DNA of 60,948 bases, counting the filler, from Jimgerdemannia flammicorona (Eukaryota): NCBI GenBank assembly GCA_003990765.1. It is 3 parts of 3 records of this genome, joined end to end, with 100 filler letters (N's around TTAATTAATTAA, not from the genome) between each part and the next. Parts side by side here need not be neighbours in the genome. Positions count along the whole stretch, not along the records: positions 1 to 20,251 come from RBNJ01001723.1; positions 20,352 to 40,601 come from RBNJ01001724.1; 1 more part is not named here. One strand, 5' to 3'. Under the pieces are notes generated by a model. That model was not told the origin of the DNA. It saw nothing but the letters and a program-made list of their open reading frames with translations, and did not search any database. Both the position numbers and the translations under genes were made by a program. Shown here one piece after another: positions 12,141 through 25,359 of the stretch. Numbering within the stretch: position 1 is the stretch's first letter; each line of letters begins with the position of its first letter.

Positions 12141-12409
12141 CTTTAAACTGAGAGTACATAGTAAATGAAAAAGATAATATATATTTATCTGAGATATATA
12201 ATACTAAATATTACAAAAAGAAGAAATATTATAATTAACCAACAAAAGGATATTCAGGCAAAGAACAATCTAGTGAGATATAGCAAAATATATTTGAATA
12301 ACTCCATTCACACTATCTGTGATATCTCTATTGAAAAATTATGGATGCTTTATATGAAACTCAAAAAAGCGAAATCAGTCTCTAATGCTCTGAATGAGTC
12401 AATTTAAAT

Positions 12410-12650
12410 CAAATCTGGATTTGATTTGTCACATAATGGTTTGATCTGAATCTCAAATCTGAAGCAATCTGAATCAACTCAGATTAATCTGAATTACTCT
12501 ATCTGAATCACCTTATCTAAATCACTCAATCTAAATCACTCAATCTGAATTACTCAATCTGAATCATCCAATTCAAATCCTCCAATTTGAATCCTTCAAT
12601 CTGAATCCTCATCTGAATCCTCTAATCCAAATTCTCCAATCTGAATCCTC
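12410..12650. repeat. hAT left subterminal array (AATCTGAATC-like units)
   Basis: Dense ~15-bp degenerate repeats right inside the left TIR. Confidence 0.85.
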
Positions 12651-12829
12651 TACATAACTCATATGTCAGATGTGTCTATATATATATATATAATATACAT
12701 ACATGCAAATATATATATATATACAAATATACAAATACATATGTTAACAGATTAGTCTTCAATAGTTCACAGTATCAATGATGCTTCAAGTCAAATATCT
12801 CTGATAGTTCTACACCTTCTATACAATTC

Positions 12830-14247
12830 TCACTCCAAAATCTGATAACATTATACTAAGACAGGAGATGATATTGTTTGTAACTATTATAGATAATTTT
12901 TTTTTTAAAAAAAAAAATGCATCTATGATATGACTGATACTTTATTTGATATATATATAATACTATTTCATCTACTCCCATAAACTACATAGTCAGAAGT
13001 TCAAAATGCTTAGTGGTTTGACTTCAAATATATATTGATACATAAAAGACAAGTACTCTAACAAAATCAAAAAGAACACAAAGACAAATAAAATTGATAT
13101 CTAAGCTGTGGTGAGTATGTTTATCCAATTGCCTGACTATTTCTGTACCAATAACCCTATTTAATTAAAAATATTTAGCTATATTCTTCAGCAGAATTTC
13201 AAAATTGGCTCATTTGTTAGATTATATATACAGATCAGCTATTCACAACTACATATTGAGAGTGATTAATTACATAGTATCTTTGGTCTCCTCAAGCATG
13301 ATTTATATTTGCCAAGTACTGATACTATTTGCAAAGATATCCTGGAGACCTATAGGAAGGAGCATGATAATCTTTACCAGATACTTCAGATAAAATAAAT
13401 AAATAAAGGCAGTACCATGACCTTTTGCAAGCTGATTTATATATATATATTTATAAAGAGCTCATCAATTTAATCTCACATTCAATAAATAGAATTTGGT
13501 AAGCAAAATTTTATTTATAATTGATATATGGACATCCCCAAATGTAATTTTATTTCTAGGCATTACCAGTCATTAGATTGATCTTGATTGGTAGCTAAAA
13601 TATCTCATTCTTGACTTCATCAAACTTGCTAGCCCTCATTCTGGAGAAAACATCATAGATGCTTTTATTAGTTATATCTAGGAGCTTGAGATCACAACTA
13701 AGATAAAAAAGGAGGACTTGCTATTAGGTCAGCATTTTGAGAGAGGTATTAAAACAAATCAGATTTTATTGGTTATTTATTTTTATATAAATTTGCTGAC
13801 TGAATATTTCAAGTATAGATTTTGGCCATTATGATAGATAATACTACAAATAACTTAATATTTTTCTAAGTTTTAGTAGCCAGCCTCAAATAGGAAAATG
13901 TGGCCTTCAGTGCAGAAAGCTACTGTGTACAATACTAGGTCCATATACTAAATCTTGCTATTTAGAACTATCTTACATATATAGACAAAATATCCAAAAG
14001 AGGAGGGACCCTGAGTATAGTTTTCAAGCTATATAAACTAATTGTATCAGTCTGATCATCCCTACAATGATGAGACAAATTTACTATATAGTATAGGGCA
14101 ATCAGTTTAGCTCTGAAAGAGCTGATATTAGATATTTGTATATATTAGAACTTGAAATTTGCAATGATCCAGTATATGCTGGAGTTTGCTATAGTATATA
14201 TTCTTTTTTCAATCAGCTGAAGCAACTTGTTTCAGATGATTGAGAAT

Positions 14248-14279
<32 letters not shown>

Positions 14280-15281
14280 CAAAACAAAAAAAGCTGATAG
14301 ATTCAATGGTTGCTATTAATAGAAAAATACAGGGTGAGACTATAGGTAAAAGTGAGTGAGATGTACTTAGGAATGTTATCAGAGTTTTGAAAGTAAGTAG
14401 TGATTGCTCTGGTCCTATACTTGTTTTATCTGCTTCACAATACTGATATATAATCTTTTGATTGACTGGCTAGAGGATAAGCTCAAGGATAGGCTGAAGG
14501 ATTGTGGTGATTTATAGTTAAGCCTGGATTAGAGAGATATTATAGAGGTTGTTCTAAGTAAGCTCAGAAAATACTACTCCAAAACAGATGCCATTATATA
14601 CTCAATTAGTATAGATATATTGATATGTGGCCATTATCTCTTTCAAAATAAAGAAATCCCCACAAAACTCACTCTCTTTCTTCAAATAATACTGGATCTA
14701 TGCTTAAAGCTACAATATCATAAAGATCAGAGCTGAGAGCAGCACTATATTGAGAGAACCAAGTAGGCCATAATCAAAATATACTAAAAAAACTATATAC
14801 TACTACAAGGCTCTAGCCAAAGTCTAGATAAATATACTGAGAGATCTCTCCTATCCCACATTTACTTTAGCAGAAAGAGAAAAAGAGAGCCATCAGTGAA
14901 AGAGCTGCCATCAATAGATGAACTTATCATTTATCTTACCAGCAACTGCATAATCCTACTAGAGGGTGTAGAGATGCTCAACTGATAGAAAGTGGGTTAT
15001 CAGACAATTGGTTGCATTGCGCCAATTTAATCTACCAATCTAACTACCATTCTCACCACTACTCTATCCACTGGGGTGTATAGCTGCAGCTGTATTAAAT
15101 GGACTTCTCCAGTCTATATGGTATATCTCAGAACTATTTGGTAATTTCTGCCACCAGTACTCTCATTGAGCAGGTGTTCTCAGGTGGGGTGGATCTCATT
15201 GCTCCTAAGAGATATATGCTAAATGCTGAGATAATCTGGGTATGTATGTGTCTGAAATCTTGTGGGGGCATGGGTTGCTAA
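12830..15281 (+). pseudogene. hAT transposase pseudogene (intron-containing)
   Basis: BED-like SKI*.HY..IVCNY; WTSPN..FLGITSH*ID; HSGENI; HILNLAI; C-terminal dimerisation block YLVISATSTLIEQVFSGG...LNAEII. Confidence 0.85.
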
Positions 15282-15399
15282 AATTCAGTAGGTCCTGTAG
15301 TTCACAGATAAGTTAATTAGTCTTATAGAGTATTTAATTATTTAAAATAAAAAGGAAAAAAAAAACAGAGGGGCTCAGCCTGAGTGGGGTAGTGGTCAG

Positions 15400-15950
15400 T
15401 AGGATTGGTAGTAGTAGAGAGAGTATGCAAAATTTGTGGTCCTCCACCAGTAGCAAGGGGTAGCCCTGTGCTGTCAGTATCAGTTAGTAGGATTAGTAGA
15501 GAGAGTATGTAAAATTTGTAGCTCTCCATCAGCAGCAAGAGATAGCTTTAAGCCACAAGTATCTGAGATGGAGAGAGTTGGTAGAGGGAGCAGAATAGGC
15601 AGAGAGAGTATGTAAAATTTGTGACCCTCTGCTAGTAGCAAGGGGCAATCCCAAACAGCCCATATCCAGGCCAGGGGATTGACAAAGAAAGTATACAAAA
15701 GTTTGTAGCCCTCCACTGACCATAAGGAGTGACCTCAAGCCCTGGTGTCTGAGATAAGGGTATCAGCAGGACTGATGGGGGGGGGGTGGAATTGGCAGAG
15801 AGAGCATACAAAATTTGTAGCCCTCTGCCAGCAGTATGGGGTAACCCCAAGTAGCCTGTGTCTGGGCCAGGGAGTTGGTGGGATTGGTGGAGAGAGTATG
15901 CAAAATTTGCAGCCCTTTGCCAGCAGTAAAGGGGCAGTCCCAAGTTGCCA
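15400..15950 (-). repeat. Six-copy ~80-110 bp repeat encoding LPLxxGxGLQILHTLS-like peptides inside the hAT element
   Basis: GAGAGAGTATGCAAAATTTG-like core near 15420, 15500, 15603, 15687, 15800, 15892. Confidence 0.75.
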
Positions 15951-18404
15951 AGGAGTTTGAGTCTGGGTCAGGAGGTGTATCTGATGGTCAAAGGGTACTT
16001 CTAGCAGTCAGAGGGCATTTCTGGCAATCAGAGGGTACTTCTAGCAGTTAAAGTCTACTACAGATTTGGGCTCCATCACCAGTTTGGGTCCCACAGATAC
16101 CCTGGTCCTATGCTGCAGCACCACACCAGTGGCACTATAGAGCAGAGTCAAGGGGCCAGTAGGGTCTGGTATAATGGCTAAACTAGTACTATAGAAAGAG
16201 GCACCCAGCTGCCAGTCCAATCCCTTACAACAGACTGCCCAATCTACTCAAAATAACTGCTGAACCCTTATAAAAGATTGTCTAACCCTTACAAAAACTG
16301 CTCCACTTGCTAGTCTTAGGCCTTGATGAACCTGTTATTTATTGTAACTATGACAACTATTGTATCTGAGCTCTCCTCAAAGGTGACAGTGCTGTGGTAG
16401 TTATGTGGTTAGAATAGGATGGTCATGTTAGCTATAAACAGGACTCCAAAATTGTAGGTAAGATCATATCAGACTCTGCTACTGTCCTTCCAAGTTGGGC
16501 CCTTCCTTTCCAGAACATAAAATATTATTGGAGTGATATTGTTATCTGTATGTGTGGACAGAGAAGCATTATACCCAATATATCCTGATATAACCTGAGT
16601 ATAAGATTGGGTGAACCATTGGCCTAGGACTTCATACTGCCAGATGGTGCTTGAGGATGCCTGCTCTTTATTAAGCCCCAGGAGCTCCAGCTTAGAAATC
16701 TGCCAAAAATAGATAGTATCTAGTCAGTCCTTTTGTATGTGGGGGGTAGAAACCCCCAGACTATCTCAAAAAAGCAGAGCACCTCACCTCATATAGTATG
16801 CTAAATTGTACTAAGAATATACATATAGCTGTACTGAGATCACCACTAAGCTAATATACCATATACTCTATCAATCTGCTCAAAGAACCCTAGATTATAG
16901 CCACTATTGTCACATAGACTATATCATACTTATATATAGTTTATTCTTTAACATTACTTCTAAAGTTCCAATAGAGATACAGAATCTTGTACATCTCTGG
17001 AGTTATAATAAAAAAAAAATATATCAGTAAGAGAATATCTCAGAAAAAAAAAAAAAAAAAAGAGACAAGTGTGGGGGATTTTGGATCTCTGGGAACCCAC
17101 TCTTTGCCAGTGTTGTAATATATCTAATTCCCATCCAAACCCCCCCTTCTTGCTTTTTTCACCCCCTCTTTTCTACTATCCAATATTTAATGCATTTCTT
17201 ACAAATCTTATTGATGTAGTGGCAAAATTTATCATGGTAGAGATTTCTTACCACTATTGCAACCACCTCTCTATGATCATCAATAATAATATAGTTCTTT
17301 TCATTATTGAATACTTCTGCTGGCCAATAGATCTCTTGGTTGAGAATGATTGGCTTCAATTTGAATATAGACCCCCAAGCCTTGATAGTGATGCTGATAC
17401 TACTCATACTAAATATCTTCCCCTCAAACTTCTCTATTTGATCAGACATCAGATATGGTCAAACTTAGGTAACTTTGAATTCTCTCTTTCAATAGAACTG
17501 AGTTCTGATCTGAGGGGCTGAGTTGCATGCAGATGGGTTATATACAGGTATCATGTGGGAGTTTTAGAAGAGACTATATAAAAATGAAGTTAAATAAAAC
17601 ACAGAGATAGGTATTTTAGAAAATAGTATATGTGAGTGAGTTGTATGCTAATAAGTTATATAAGATTGCTTATAAAGGCTTGCTTCTGTTCCTTTTAAGA
17701 CCTCTACTATATGATATATTGACTCAATAGCTCAGCTATCAAAGGTATACCCCACAACATTCTCCAGCCTTTCTTTATCTTGACCAGATATTGTGAATAA
17801 ATTTGGCAGATCTCACCATAGAGTTGTGGACTCTAAGAATAGCATGAGGTGAATTGGGTTATGCTGGGCGAATTTAAACAAGTAGCAGTAGAAAAGAGCA
17901 ATCTATATCTACTATCAACTGCTTCAAAAAGGCTACTGCATACATAGTTGTGAGGTCTATGAATTCTGAGATTCAAAGGGCTGCCATGAGTTGTTACTGA
18001 AATTCTCTCTCATCTCTGTTATTACCATTACTATTTCCATTACCATCACTACTGTCATTGCCTCTTTGGCTCTTGATGAGTAGCTTGTGTGCTGCCCTTA
18101 TAAGAAAGAATCTAATATTGTTAGCAGAGAGTATATTTCCACCTCAAATACTCCCTCTTTTAATGATTATTGCAGGATAAAAAAAATGAGTAGACTAACT
18201 AATATATAATTAAGGACTGCTGTTTTGTTTGCTTATAATGCAGTAAGAAAGAAAAAGAACAAAGAAAAAGAATAAAGAAAGAATAAAAGAAGAGAAGAAA
18301 CAAAAGAAAGAGTGATATCACTAAAGTGTGGCAGGAAAAAAAAACAGAGCAAAAAATAAACAAAAGAAAGAGTGATGTCACTAAAGATTTTATATAATCA
18401 GTCT

Positions 18405-18615
18405 GGATAGATCAATCTAGATAGATCAATCTAGATAGATCAATCTGAATCAATCTAGATGGATCAATCCAAATAGATCAATCTAGATAGATTAATCTAG
18501 ATAAATCAATCTGGATCAATCTGGATCAATCTGCATTAATCTGGATCAGATTATGAGACCAATCTGAGTTGATTCAAATTCATTACATGATAAATCTGAA
18601 TCAAATCTCATCTGG
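18405..18615. repeat. hAT right subterminal array (GATCAATCTA/G units)
   Basis: Tandem 10-14 bp units next to the right TIR. Confidence 0.85.
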
Positions 18616-19899
18616 ATAAATTGCATCCATTCAGAGCACTATCAATCTCAAGCCTATCTACATAATAGATGTTATTACTAGAAATTATCTCAGGTTACAA
18701 GAAATATTATTTCTGAGAGGTTCAAATCTCCAGCTATAATAATGAGAGCCCTTGCCCTAGACAAAGATGGTCAGTCTTTATAAATGTACCAATAAGATAA
18801 AAAAAAAAAAAAGACCAAGATCTGTTAACTCTGTATAATTATAACTACAATGTGATAGTATTTTTGAAATTAGTATTTTCTTATATGACCAGCATATATC
18901 CTGCTTATAGTAATAAGTTATATATTTCTCTAGAAATATGATTAAAATGGAGTTATACAAGACAGATAAATAAGCATAAATATCTAGAGCAGAAATATAC
19001 TACAACTCTTATCTCTCTCTTCTCTCCTCAAAGAAAAGACAATGTAAGAATATCTGCTACCTACTACTAAACAGCCTGCTATAGCCAATCTCTCCCAAGT
19101 CAGATTGACTGTCTCTTTAGACATATCTAGATTACTATCTAAGGAAGAAACCACTACTTTGAGGCCCTTAACCTCACTAGTCAGAACTTAGAACATTATA
19201 TCCTCAACTGCTATAAAGTTATCAAAAGGGCCTATCTTACTATCAGCTACCTAGAAATCTAGTATAAATATGAAATTGACTATCAACTTCTTTAATATGC
19301 AAAAGGCCTACCCACTGACCTAGTCTCAGACTAGACTAACCTAAATAGATATGAGCAAAGACTAGCTAAGAAGGTCTATCAAATCATATACCATGTATCT
19401 TTTATAATCTCCAATCTCAACTATATATAACTGAAAGGACTTTCAGAATCTCTCTTTTTCTGAGATTGATGAACTAGAGATCAAGATTGCCCAAGAAGTC
19501 AACTTCTAGATTACTCTCAAGTTTACTAACTACAAACTCCACTAGAGCTTCCTTCTGAATAATAATCCAGACCAATGACTCCAAGGTCTCTCTGATCTCT
19601 TTAAAAGACTGTCCATCTGAATGGATATCCCTAAATATAAAGAGCAAGAACTCTATTTGGATGGCCCCAACTATATTAGATGAAGAACCTCTACCCCACC
19701 ATCTATACTAGTTCAAGAACTATTTGTAGACCTCATTGACTTCTCTATTCTTAACATTGAGCCATCAGCAACTACCCCTTCCAACCACTAGAGAAGATGG
19801 CAATATTATCAATAAGAATTCTCTACCTTTCTCTTTCCTAGTTCTCAATTTTTAAATCAACAAGAACATTGACTTTTAAGAGAAGAAAGATATAATAGA

Positions 19900-20251
19900 A
19901 TGAAGGTGTGGAGCAGAGGCCGGCGGGTGTGGGAGGCTGCTGGGAGGACTTGAGATCTCGGCTTGTGGGGGGGGTGGGCGATAGTTGGATCACTGTAGGG
20001 TGGGTGTTGGCAATGTGGGTGGGGATGGTGGGTCATTGGCTTTTTGTATTTGAGGAGGGGCAGCGGGTGGGGTGCCGGGAGAAGGTATTGAGGTGGGAGG
20101 AGCTGTTGGGAGATCTTTTGACTGGATGGTGGGTGGGCTGGGGTCCTCAGGGGGGATGCCGTCACAATCTGGTGGCGAGGATTTGTGAGCAGAGTGGAGG
20201 GAGAGTGGAAATGGTATTGGACAAGGTGGTCTTTCATAAGGAAGGAGTAGG
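19900..20251 (+). mobile_element. L1/Tx1 LINE ORF2 3' fragment, cut by an assembly gap
   Basis: WEDLRSRLVGGVGDSWITVGWVLAMWVG..HWLFVFEEGQ nearly matches ORF 40774-41130. Confidence 0.85.
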
Positions 20252-20351
20252 NNNNNNNNNNNNNNNNNNNNNNNNNNNNNNNNNNNNNNNNNNNNTTAAT
20301 TAATTAANNNNNNNNNNNNNNNNNNNNNNNNNNNNNNNNNNNNNNNNNNNN
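20252..20351. other. Assembly gap with artificial linker (N44-TTAATTAATTAA-N44)
   Basis: 100-nt spacer, identical to that at 40602-40701; the 12-mer has stops in all six frames. Confidence 0.95.
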
Positions 20352-21379
20352 TTAACGGACTCATGTCCCGCGGATTTTTATTGGAAGGGAACCTAGACTA
20401 TATAGGCCAAAACCCTCCCCCACCACCCACCAAGCACTGCCCCCCCATTATCCTAGGCTAGCTATTGTCCAGCAGCTTGACCATGCCAGGTGCAACAGGG
20501 CAAATAAGCCCACACCTCATTCTGTGCACCATGGTCTCCCTACCACCAGGGGAAACCCAACATATGCCAATAACCAAAAGCACACGCCTGAGAACCCAAC
20601 ATATGTACAAGGCCATACCCAAGCTGATTAGAATAGCCCCTGTCACCCCAAAGAGAATGACAGGCAAATAAAAAACCCTCATCAAAGTACAACACAGTGG
20701 ATAGGGCCTGGTTCTCCCAGTTGAGGTGAGTAAAGGACTTACATGTGAGGTGGGAGGAAACCCCCAATACCCCACTACTCAAGCTTGCAGGCCTCAATCA
20801 CATTGCCATATCAGCTCCCAGTTCCAGTTGAGTGCAGCCAAGATGCCTGAAATGGGTAGCCTCGGGCCTCCTGACCCCCCCTGATGACTGGGGCCCAACC
20901 CCGCTGACTGCCAAAAGAAGCTGATAGTGACACCTACTACCTAACTGCACCACACCAATCAAAAGGCCCCACTGAAGCAGCACCTGCCCCAGCCCTGATG
21001 ACCGCCCCCAGCCTGGCACCCTACTGGTTCACCATAATCGCCCTTCTGCCTATCTGTGACGGCCATCTCCCCTCCCATCCTGACAACACCCAAAAAGCAG
21101 TCACCTACACCAGAACCATGCTCGCCGGGAAGCTTGCCAAAGCCAGAGGGCCCCACCACAGGTACTGAAGACCTGCAGGTAACCTACACTGAGCACTTGA
21201 CGCCCAAGGTTGGCTGACTCCCTATGTAGCCCAAGACACACTGAGACAACTCCTTGTTTGGCAATGGCAAAAGGAAGAAGGTGCCGCACCAAAATGGGTA
21301 TACCCCAGATGCAGCTAAAGGCACCAGAATCTGCGAAAAAGTGGAGGAAGCACCGATCTGACACCGATAAAGGGGCAAC

Positions 21380-21570
21380 TCATCACCATTGCCCTCCTCC
21401 CATCATGCCTCATCTCTATATCTGTGGTCCTCATTCCTCTTCCCCCTCATCCTCCCTCCACTGTAGACCAATACAGTGGGTACCATCCACTACTCTCCAC
21501 CAAAATTCTTGATAGTATATCTTCTGACTTTCTTCCAAAGCCACTAGAGATAGCAGGTCACTAGTCATGT
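21380..21570 (-). mobile_element. Short decayed LINE ORF2 fragment
   Basis: Similar by eye to 41320-41470 (CCAATACAGTG...CCACCAAAA). Confidence 0.6.
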
Positions 21571-21713
21571 CTTGAGAGCCTTTCTTCTGTTCTTCCTTTT
21601 CTCTCTTGCTACATATGGCATTTGTTTCTTTATTTGGGACATTTTATTTGGGCTAAACTTTATAGTTCTTTTTTCTTTTTATACCTTTTTTTTTTTTCAG
21701 ACTTTCCAAATAA

Positions 21714-21748
<35 letters not shown>

Positions 21749-22201
21749 TTTGGGTTTAAATATCAGTTTTTTAGAAATATTGAATATATAATATCAACTG
21801 AGATTATGAGTCAATAGATATGTAATAATTAGTTTACTTATAATTATAGGTTAGAAGTAGAGCATAGAGATCTTATATTACATTTGTATACTGGTTCTAA
21901 ACATTTAGTGCCAGAGATATTCAGCATCAAAATAAAGTACAATTTGATGCAAATGATGTACTCTAGCTAGTATTTGCTAAGATAGATATATGCTACTTAG
22001 ATACATACATTGGTCACTCAGTAGAATAGCAGTTATATATTCTATTGTTCATTCTATTTCCCCATCCTCTCTTCCCTCTTTATTTCTCTTACTATTTTCA
22101 TACTTACCTCTGTGCCAGACTGGACTTTATTGCTCTTTCTTTTTTTATACTCTTTCCTTTTTTGAACTTCTCAAATAAGATATATATATATATATATATA
22201 T

Positions 22202-23711
22202 TGTAATATGCCGGCTCAATAGAGGCAAATTACAAGGTTGGGGGTTGATGTAGTTTGGCTTGAGCCCCCAGTTACTTTGTCAAAAGCAACAAAATGTTCT
22301 TAGATTCCTGAGGTCCTTGGTGTTTAGTGGTATAATAGTCAAAGCTGGATATCTGCGAGCAATTTCCTTATTGAGACTGTTTTCTGGGTGTAGCGGTGAT
22401 TTGCATGAATGGGTTTTCTTCTTGGGTCAACTGGGAATGGCAGAATTTTGTGTAGCAAGGCAATCTCCAAAAGTATATGATTTCTGGCATAATGATCTCT
22501 TGTGTAGCATGATGATCTCCTTGTGCATGATGGTCTGGCAATTTAACAGTTTCCTTCTTTGGTGGCAGCAATCTCAAAAGTATACGATTTCTGGGTGATG
22601 GCAGATAACTCAATTTGGGTGCAGGTTTACTGGGAATTGTACTAGCAGCAGAGAACTTGATAACTCGGGCTCACTGGGAACAATGAATAATTCAGAGGTC
22701 ATGGATTCTTCCTGAATCGGTAGGCTTCTGGGAATAATAACTCAGATGGTGCAGATCAGGTTCTTCTGAGAATGCAGATAACCTGAAAATGGCGGCTTCA
22801 ACTGAGAATATGGTGGATAACTTGAAAACGGCAGATGATGCAGATTCTCCTGAATCAGCAGACTTCTTGAAAAAGGTGGCTTCAACTGAGAATAACTCAG
22901 ATGGCATGAGTTCTTCCAGATCGGGCTCTTCTGGGAATACAAACAACTGGCAGCATTCTTTAGGAAAGGGTCTTTTGGCAAAGTTACATCAAAGACTGGC
23001 TTCATTTGCATGGGGTTACATCGTAGACTGACTCTACTGTAAAGTTGCATCAGAAACTGGCTTGAGCAAGGTGGCTTTCTTGGAAAGGCAGAGGATAACT
23101 TGGAAATGGTGGTCTTCTTAGAAATGGTGTGAAGTTCTACCTTGAACTTGGGCGGCAAATCTTCAGGCTTATCTGGCAAGCAAACCAAAAATGTAGCAGC
23201 TTATTCCTTAAGTGGCAGATTTCTCTTCAAAAGGTGGTGAAGTTCTCCTTGAACTTAGGTGGCAAATCTTCAGGCTTATCTGGCAAGCAAACTAAAAATG
23301 AACTTGTTCTTTGTATTGGAAAGTGGACTGGAGTGGAAAGGGGATCAATGCTCAATCTTTAGAGGCTTCTTTGGTGTTTGTATTTCAGACTGAGGTTTAT
23401 TCACTCTTGTCTCTGGGGTAATTTATACAAGTTGGTTACTATCTGATTACTATGTGGCTAACTATAGATCTGCTACTTATGGCAGGTGTACAGAGTCTGT
23501 ACAGTGTACAGAACCTATACAGTATACAGAGTCTGTATGGTGTACAGAGTCTGTACAGATAAACAGACTCTTTCTGGTATGTCTGGCTATTTATACAGTT
23601 TTCTGCAGCAATCATTACTGGTTACTATACTGTGTATTTACGTCATCTTGCCTAATTATTCATATCATCTGGTTAAGATATAATTCAGATGGTACATTTT
23701 GGTTTACCACA
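22202..23711 (-). repeat. G1 3' LTR (1510 bp)
   Basis: TGTAATATGCC...GGTTTACCACA; direct repeat of 31315-32806. Confidence 0.93.
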
Positions 23712-24289
23712 TCAGCCCCCACTGAAGGGTAGTCTGTCCCAGACTATTCTTCAGTCATCATCCCGATAAGCATAGGCTGCTTTTGCATCTATACCTGTTC
23801 CATCATTTTCATTATCTGTACTGGGGTCACTCCATTCTATGGGCTCTTCTTCTTCTTCAGGAAATAGGATTTCAACAGAGTTGATGATGCTCAAATAGAT
23901 AACAGGGTTCATTCCTTAAATATCATTTAGTGAGAATTGTGTCTATGTCAGGGCTGTGACATTTCATTTGTAAATGGTATATAGTCTGTCTGCAGGAGTA
24001 GTGTCTCTTCTGGTCAGACCTGTGGTATTCCTAATGTAGGTCTGTTCTGGGGCTGGGAGGTTCTGCAATTGTTCACCAATTGCATAATAGGCCTGCAGTT
24101 GGTGGACTTATAGTAGATGTCTGGCCAGGGTAAGATTTTCTTGATGAGCTTGGATCCTTTGAAGGGGGCTTCCATTGGCTTGGCCAAATTGGGGTCGAGG
24201 GACTGGTAGAGCTTGGAAGGAGCTGAGGACCAATGTCTAGAGGTGCTGATCAATCCTTTGGCTCATGGTGTAGAGGGGAAATATAGTTT

Positions 24290-25330
24290 GAGGTGATTGA
24301 TATATACTGGTATTCTCAGGATTTGTTCATCCATGCTTCTTAAATAGATACTGGTTCCTCTGATGTTGTGTACAAGATAAGGTCCTTCCCATTTCAGTTC
24401 TAGTTTGGCAGCAAAGTTTGTCTCAATCATGCTTCTCCAAACTAGGACTTGATCTCCAATCTTGATCTCCTGATCCTTCAGTTTTTGGTTATAGTACTTC
24501 TTTTGTCTTTCCTGGGCTTTGATAATCTATTCTTAGGCTTGATTACATAGCTGTTCTGCCTTCTTGAGAAGGTCTCCAAGATTCTCATGGTCAGCAGTTC
24601 TGGTTCTCTTGGCAAACATCATTTCGAATGGCTTTTATTTAGTGGAGGCAGCAGGGGTGTTTTGAATTTCCCATAGGATCTCAGGTAAGCAGAGGTCTCA
24701 ATTAGTAGAATTGTCTCGGGCAAGTCTTTTCTTGATGGTCTGGTTCATTCTCTCTGTCATGCCATTGGTCTGGGGGTAGTATGATGTGGTCCTTTTGAGG
24801 TGGATCTTGTGAATTCGGGCATAACTTGTGATTATGTTGTTGATGAATTCTATGCCTCAGTCAGAGATAAGTTCTTCTGGGGGTCCATATCTGAGTGTGA
24901 GTCCATGGAGGAGGCCTACAATAGTTAAGGCATCTGCAATTTCCATTGGAAAAACCTCGGGCCACTTGGTCAGATGTTCCACAAATATAAGAATGTATTT
25001 GGTTCTTCTTGGTGTAACTGGTAGAGGTCCAATTACATCTACTCCCCATCTTTGAAAGATGTGAGTGGGTGGGGGAATTGGTTGCAGAGGGGCTTGATAG
25101 TTCTTCTTTCCTTGGTACTTCTGACAAGTGTCACATTTCTGAATAATGTCTCGGACTTGAATTCTGAGGTAAGGCCAGTGTTGATATAGTTTTTGAATCT
25201 TATCTTCTGTACTTGTCTGTCCTTGATGGGCTTTCTGATATTCTTTACGGATGAGATCTTCTTGTGCTTTGATGGTCTGTGGAGCTTCCTTTAGGGTGTA
25301 GTTCCTTGGGACACCCTTCTTCTGGTTCAT
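24290..25330 (-). pseudogene. G1 integrase
   Basis: H..H/CDTCQ zinc finger, FQRWGVDVIGPLP, YGPPEELISD, YYPQTNGMTERMN, GPY/F motif KWEGPY; no chromodomain recognised. Confidence 0.9.
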
Positions 25331-25359
25331 TGGGGCTGGCAGGAAAGTACATCGATATT

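Larger units (their letters stand above)
12383..18641 (+). mobile_element. hAT-superfamily DNA transposon, 6.26 kb, decayed
   Basis: TIRs TAATGCTCTGAATG / CATTCAGAGCACTA; 8-bp TSD TCAGTCTC (12375-12382) vs TCAATCTC (18642-18649); subterminal short-repeat arrays at both ends. Confidence 0.9.

Noticed and set aside
20296..20307. Palindromic TTAATTAATTAA inside N runs (also 40646-40657)
   Set aside because: Identical 100-nt spacer at both gaps with stops in all six frames: an assembly linker, not biology and not a piggyBac TTAA site.
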